A stretch of 64,000 nt of DNA, taken from positions 27,615 to 91,614 of IMG/VR virus record IMGVR_UViG_3300031951_000074. One strand, given 5' to 3'. The DNA is from a virus. Its lineage: Duplodnaviria; Caudoviricetes. Of this stretch, positions 62,356 through 64,000 are shown piece after piece. The position numbers and the translations under genes are program-made. Position 1 is the stretch's first letter; the number at the start of each line of letters is the position of its first letter. The notes under the pieces were generated by a model. The model was not told the origin of the DNA and made no database searches. It worked only from the letters and a program-made list of their open reading frames with translations.

Positions 62356-62952
62356 TCAGGGATTGTGTAAGTAAAATGCTTTGCTAAAACCAAGTGGAGT
62401 AATACTGCGTAGTTCTTTTGTTTTTTCTGATTTGCCACCCAGTTTCATGATGGGTGAGTTGCCTAAAAGAGGGTATACTGGTTTTTTGACAGGAACATTG
62501 AAAACTCCCCACAGTCCAGTACGCTTGTTATATGCCTCTGATGTTGGGTCGTCTAAGTACCCAGCATAATCACACGGATTAAAGTAGTATGGCTTTTTTA
62601 GGTGGGGAAATAACTTATTCAATCGTCCAACTGGATTTTCCAAACACCACCAGACCGGCTTGTAGTACTCAACAAACTCAAACACTTTGTTGACCAATGA
62701 CACGCTGTAGTCTGTGCGCCCGTCCAAATCTTTGGTTTTCCAATACTGAGCGCCACTGCTTGCAAAGTCTGTGCATGGAGGAGCTGCTAATATTCCGTGT
62801 ACATGATCCAGTCCCAACTCGCTTGGTATGACATCTAACACGTCTATGCCCAATTTTAAGTCAAACCTGTAAACATCATAACCGGAGTTTTTGTAATAAC
62901 TACTCCAGTTTCCGCTGTAATCAAAAAGAGATATTATTGTTTTACAATCCAT
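62356..62952 (-). CDS. Compact C5-cytosine DNA methyltransferase-like protein
   Basis: 'ISLFD.SG' (motif I variant), 'APPCTDF' (PC), 'ENPVGR', 'RSITP'. Confidence 0.75.
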   Translation of the reverse strand: MDCKTIISLFDYSGNWSSYYKNSGYDVYRFDLKLGIDVLDVIPSELGLDHVHGILAAPPCTDFASSGAQYWKTKDLDGRTDYSVSLVNKVFEFVEYYKPVWWCLENPVGRLNKLFPHLKKPYYFNPCDYAGYLDDPTSEAYNKRTGLWGVFNVPVKKPVYPLLGNSPIMKLGGKSEKTKELRSITPLGFSKAFYLHNP

Positions 62953-63148
62953 AAAATCGCTTACACACTTTGCAGATTGGATTGGAGTCCAAGTCTAATA
63001 CCAATTCACTACTCTTATACCAGATACTACAGCTGCTGCATGTTTCCAAGGTGTTCAGTGGAGCGTCTTCGACTGGTATGTTGAATTCTTTGCAGGCCTC
63101 TAAAAGGCTTATTTTTCTGCGGTAAATACTGTTTTCAAAACTGTTCAT
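62942..63148 (-). CDS. Small zinc-finger protein
   Basis: CSSC...CKVC. Confidence 0.6.
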   Translation of the reverse strand: MNSFENSIYRRKISLLEACKEFNIPVEDAPLNTLETCSSCSIWYKSSELVLDLDSNPICKVCKRFYGL

Positions 63149-63486
63149 CTTATTTTTCTGTCGTCATTGGTATAAATATCCTTGTGTTGGATGTAATACA
63201 AAAGAAAGATTAGGTTACACACAGCGTGTGCTAAGTGGCTTTCGTTAGTTTCTGGATCCAGATCACGTCCTCGAGTCCACTCAAAGATGTGGCGCAGAGT
63301 GGCTGAAATTACTCGTGTGTACTTAAAGCCAGATCCCTCACTCCAGTTCCATGCTGAGTACTTCTGACTACCGAAGTGTAACACTCGTACCACTGGTTCT
63401 AATGCTTCCATTGGAATCAGACTCCAGTCCAGCTTGAGGTTGTCGTGTTTGACTGGAGATATTTGTTTTGTTAGGTTATCATTCAT
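63145..63486 (-). CDS. dATP/dGTP diphosphohydrolase-like protein (DUF5664)
   Basis: 'KHD..K..WSLIP', 'FG..KY..WNW..G', 'RH', 'DPE...SHLAHA.CN..FL'. Confidence 0.85.
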   Translation of the reverse strand: MNDNLTKQISPVKHDNLKLDWSLIPMEALEPVVRVLHFGSQKYSAWNWSEGSGFKYTRVISATLRHIFEWTRGRDLDPETNESHLAHAVCNLIFLLYYIQHKDIYTNDDRKIR

Positions 63487-63504
63487 TTATAGTAAAATTG
63501 AGAG

Positions 63505-63723
63505 GCCCGGTACTTCCCCGGGCAAAAAGAACGGTACCTTTCTTTTAAGCACGATTACCCTGTGCTTCTAGTATAAAACGCAGATATAACACAATTTCTG
63601 CAAATAACTGCCGTGCGGGTTTTGTAGAAGTTTGTGTGGTATTTCTACGCTTGCGAACGGCTTAGGGACTATTTTTTTACTTCTTGGCTACTCGCCTGTT
63701 AGAGGTAAATGCCAAAACCTCTA
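63505..63723 (-). ncRNA. Unassigned ~220-nt multi-hairpin, multi-pseudoknot RNA
   Basis: Six hairpin domains with mutually complementary loops in an ORF-free gap (see findings). Confidence 0.6.
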
Positions 63724-63903
63724 GTGGTATTCTTTTTTGGGCTGCAGTAGAGCGGCCGTTTTGGGCTTTAAAACTTTAAACAACTCTAGTGTTAGTGCTG
63801 GAGGGTCCAGGTTCTTTTCTTGGAAGTAACGATTGTAGACTGGTAATAGTTCGTTTACAATGCATTCTTCTAAAACTGTAACATAGGGTTCTTTAAAATT
63901 CAT
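63721..63903 (-). CDS. Hypothetical protein
   Basis: GGAG RBS before ATG 63903; 60 aa. Confidence 0.55.
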   Translation of the reverse strand: MNFKEPYVTVLEECIVNELLPVYNRYFQEKNLDPPALTLELFKVLKPKTAALLQPKKEYH

Positions 63904-63925
63904 GTGGAGTCTCCAACAAAACAAC

Positions 63926-63954
63926 ATTATAGCATAGGCATGGTGTTGTTTCAA
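63926..63954 (-). promoter_or_regulatory. Sigma70-type promoter TTGAAA-N17-TATAAT
   Basis: 17-nt spacer, AAAATTT upstream. Confidence 0.72.
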
Positions 63955-64000
63955 ACGCAAATTTTAAAGTGGTATAAAAACAAAAAGCCCACGAAAGTGG

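Noticed and set aside
63145-63486. Z-genome (2-aminoadenine) pathway
   Set aside because: DUF5664 alone is insufficient; no purZ is seen in this window

Overview
This window is part of a lytic dsDNA tailed-phage genome with T5-like (Demerecviridae-like) organisation, probably from fresh water. A Gram-negative, likely betaproteobacterial, host is inferred from the spanin pair and the tmRNA tag ANDEVFALAA. Bases 1-22.5 kb (+ strand) hold a long array of modular tail-fibre/receptor-binding genes, a lysis cassette (spanins, GH19 endolysin) and phoH. Bases 22.5-25.6 kb (- strand) hold a separately promoted cassette of unknown function: a Gly-rich/Q-N-rich coiled-coil protein, a collagen protein, a BclA/C1q-like protein and small paralogous beta-domain proteins. 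Bases 25.7-47.8 kb (- strand) are the T5-type replication block: nrdJ, dut, D15-D11, the D10 helicase split by a group I intron carrying a LAGLIDADG endonuclease, family A polymerase, primase, helicase, D5 and a split NAD ligase. Bases 47.8-64 kb (- strand) are a tRNA-rich region with 21 tRNA or tRNA-like genes (several non-canonical), a circularly permuted two-piece tmRNA, several unassigned structured ncRNA candidates, thyX, uvsE, rubredoxin, phosphoesterases, a methyltransferase and a three-gene secreted/membrane module. All calls are by eye from motifs; no database searches or folding programs were run.
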